Assembly (NCBI GenBank): GCA_030704615.1
Contig: CM060732.1
Location: 40,858,001-40,922,000 of the forward strand
Direction of reading: 5' to 3'
Origin: Takakia lepidozioides
Lineage: Eukaryota; Plantae; Bryophyta
DNA: 64,000 bases
The position numbers and the translations under genes were made by a program. The notes beneath the pieces were generated by a model. The model was not told the DNA's origin. It searched no databases and saw only the letters and a program-made list of their open reading frames with translations. The stretch's first letter is position 1, and each line of letters opens with the position of its first letter. This document shows, piece after piece, positions 62,651 to 64,000 of this stretch.

Positions 62651-63480
62651 ATGTTGAAGGATCTTATCAAAAAGTCTGTGAAGGGAAGTCAAGATCAACT
62701 CACCCATAAAAAGACTTTAGACAAGCATTTGAAGCATCAAGAATCTTGTCGAAGACTTTATCACAGTTGGAGAAATGAATCCGCTATGATGGGAATGAAT
62801 TCCTCTGTATCATCCATGATAAGATGGATCACCGGAAGACGGCCCTTTCACGTCTACAAGCAACAAACAAGATGATTTCAGGATTAGGTCAGCTTCTCGA
62901 AGATTATATTTGCAGATGGATAATTGTATGAAGGACAACAATAATAGGTGGATGTTGATATTTCTTTCTTTGCTCACAGCAAGAGATGTGTTTGAAGAGA
63001 TTCAGTTGGGATTTTTTATGGTTGGTCATACGCACGAAGACATTGATGGATTTTTCAGCTATCTTTCAAAGAAATTGGAGAATAGCACTTATGCTAATGA
63101 GACATTTTATGGTTTCTCAAGAGTTACAGTTCATCCCACAAATCATTCAGGAGGTTCCAAACTTCAAGGAGTTTGTAGATGGACATATTATTGATGGAAA
63201 AGATGCTCTCGTCGGAGCGACATATATGCATGTTTTTCGATTCTACGTGGACCATTCCTCATTTATTGGTCTGTCATGCAATACAAGAAATTTGCAACCG
63301 ATTGTGACTGACTTCCAAAACAAAGTTAAATTAAAATGTGGAAGACTCTTGATGATGGATCCCCTTCACTTCCCGTGGATCAGCCCAAGTGTGTTCGCAT
63401 GACACCAATTTGGGGAGACAAAGAAGACGCTGTGTAGAAGCAATTTGTCATCAAAACTGGAATTAAAAAGTATATGGGTT
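62651..63480 (+). pseudogene. Decayed DDE-type transposase of the DNC..GHTHEDID class (Sola-like/DUF7869-like)
   Basis: LQMDNCMKDNNNRWMLIFLSLL..DVFEEIQLGFFMVGHTHEDIDGFFSYLSKKL; fragmented frames. Confidence 0.7.
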
Positions 63481-64000
63481 TTTGGAATTTACGTCTTGCA
63501 AGATAAACTTGTGCCCGATTCAATATTTATAACTGGATGAATAAAGAATGCAAAGAATATGGAGGTTCGAACCTTGGACCTAGGATTAATAAAATAAATT
63601 GGAGTTGATGTAGAGAGCCAACGTGGGGATCCCACATGTGCAGCCCACGAGCACTGACATGAGGGTGATTGCAACCTAGAGTGTCCATAATGCGACACGA
63701 TCACGAGTACATGAGATGTTCTTAAGCTGGCGCAAGTTTTGAAAAATAAAATTTTTGACCGTCGGATGAAGTCGATCCAAATCGTCGGCCAAAAGTACCG
63801 TGTCAAAACAATATGGGCAGGATTTTTAAAAATAAAAATAAATCAAATTAAATCAAATCAAATTAAAAATAACGAAATTCTCAAATCTAATTCATCTATG
63901 CCCTCAACCTATGGGAAATGCGTATTTTTTGTTAAGGAAGTTCTTGTAAATCTATGTTTTTCATGTAGTAAAGCTTAATACAAAAATAACTAATTTCTAT

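Overview
Transposon-dense land-plant DNA. PAL, DYW-PPR and PSPG-box UGT sequences and spliceosomal introns are present; the TE repertoire suggests a non-seed plant, which is inference. I can support two intact-looking host genes: a 3-exon UDP-glycosyltransferase (13170-15899) and a small secreted 8-Cys peptide (46901-46662). PAL and DYW remnants are also present. The rest is nested TEs: GCM-like/DDE/SWIM Mutator-type elements, a decayed Copia, a decayed Gypsy, CACTA and MULE MITEs, a LINE fragment and a Sola/DUF7869-like transposase remnant. The highlight is an 11.6-kb Mutator-like element (50467-62035, 9-bp TSD, imperfect TIRs). Divergent from its transposase it carries a spliced gene joining a ParB/Srx-like domain (GxxRxxA motif) to a beta-class N6A/N4C DNA-methyltransferase-like domain. 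An array of 40-bp perfect palindromes repeated every ~116 bp lies in what is probably an intron of that gene. A diverged, deleted relative at 18.2-20.3 kb keeps the gene arrangement, the palindrome core GTGTGC-N6-GCACAC and the ~116-bp spacing. This points to a conserved transposon-borne ParB-methylase plus palindrome-array system. Separately, the Gypsy element carries the C-terminal half of a DNMT3-like C5 methyltransferase and a terminal PHD finger. All domain calls come from motif recognition by eye; no searches were run.
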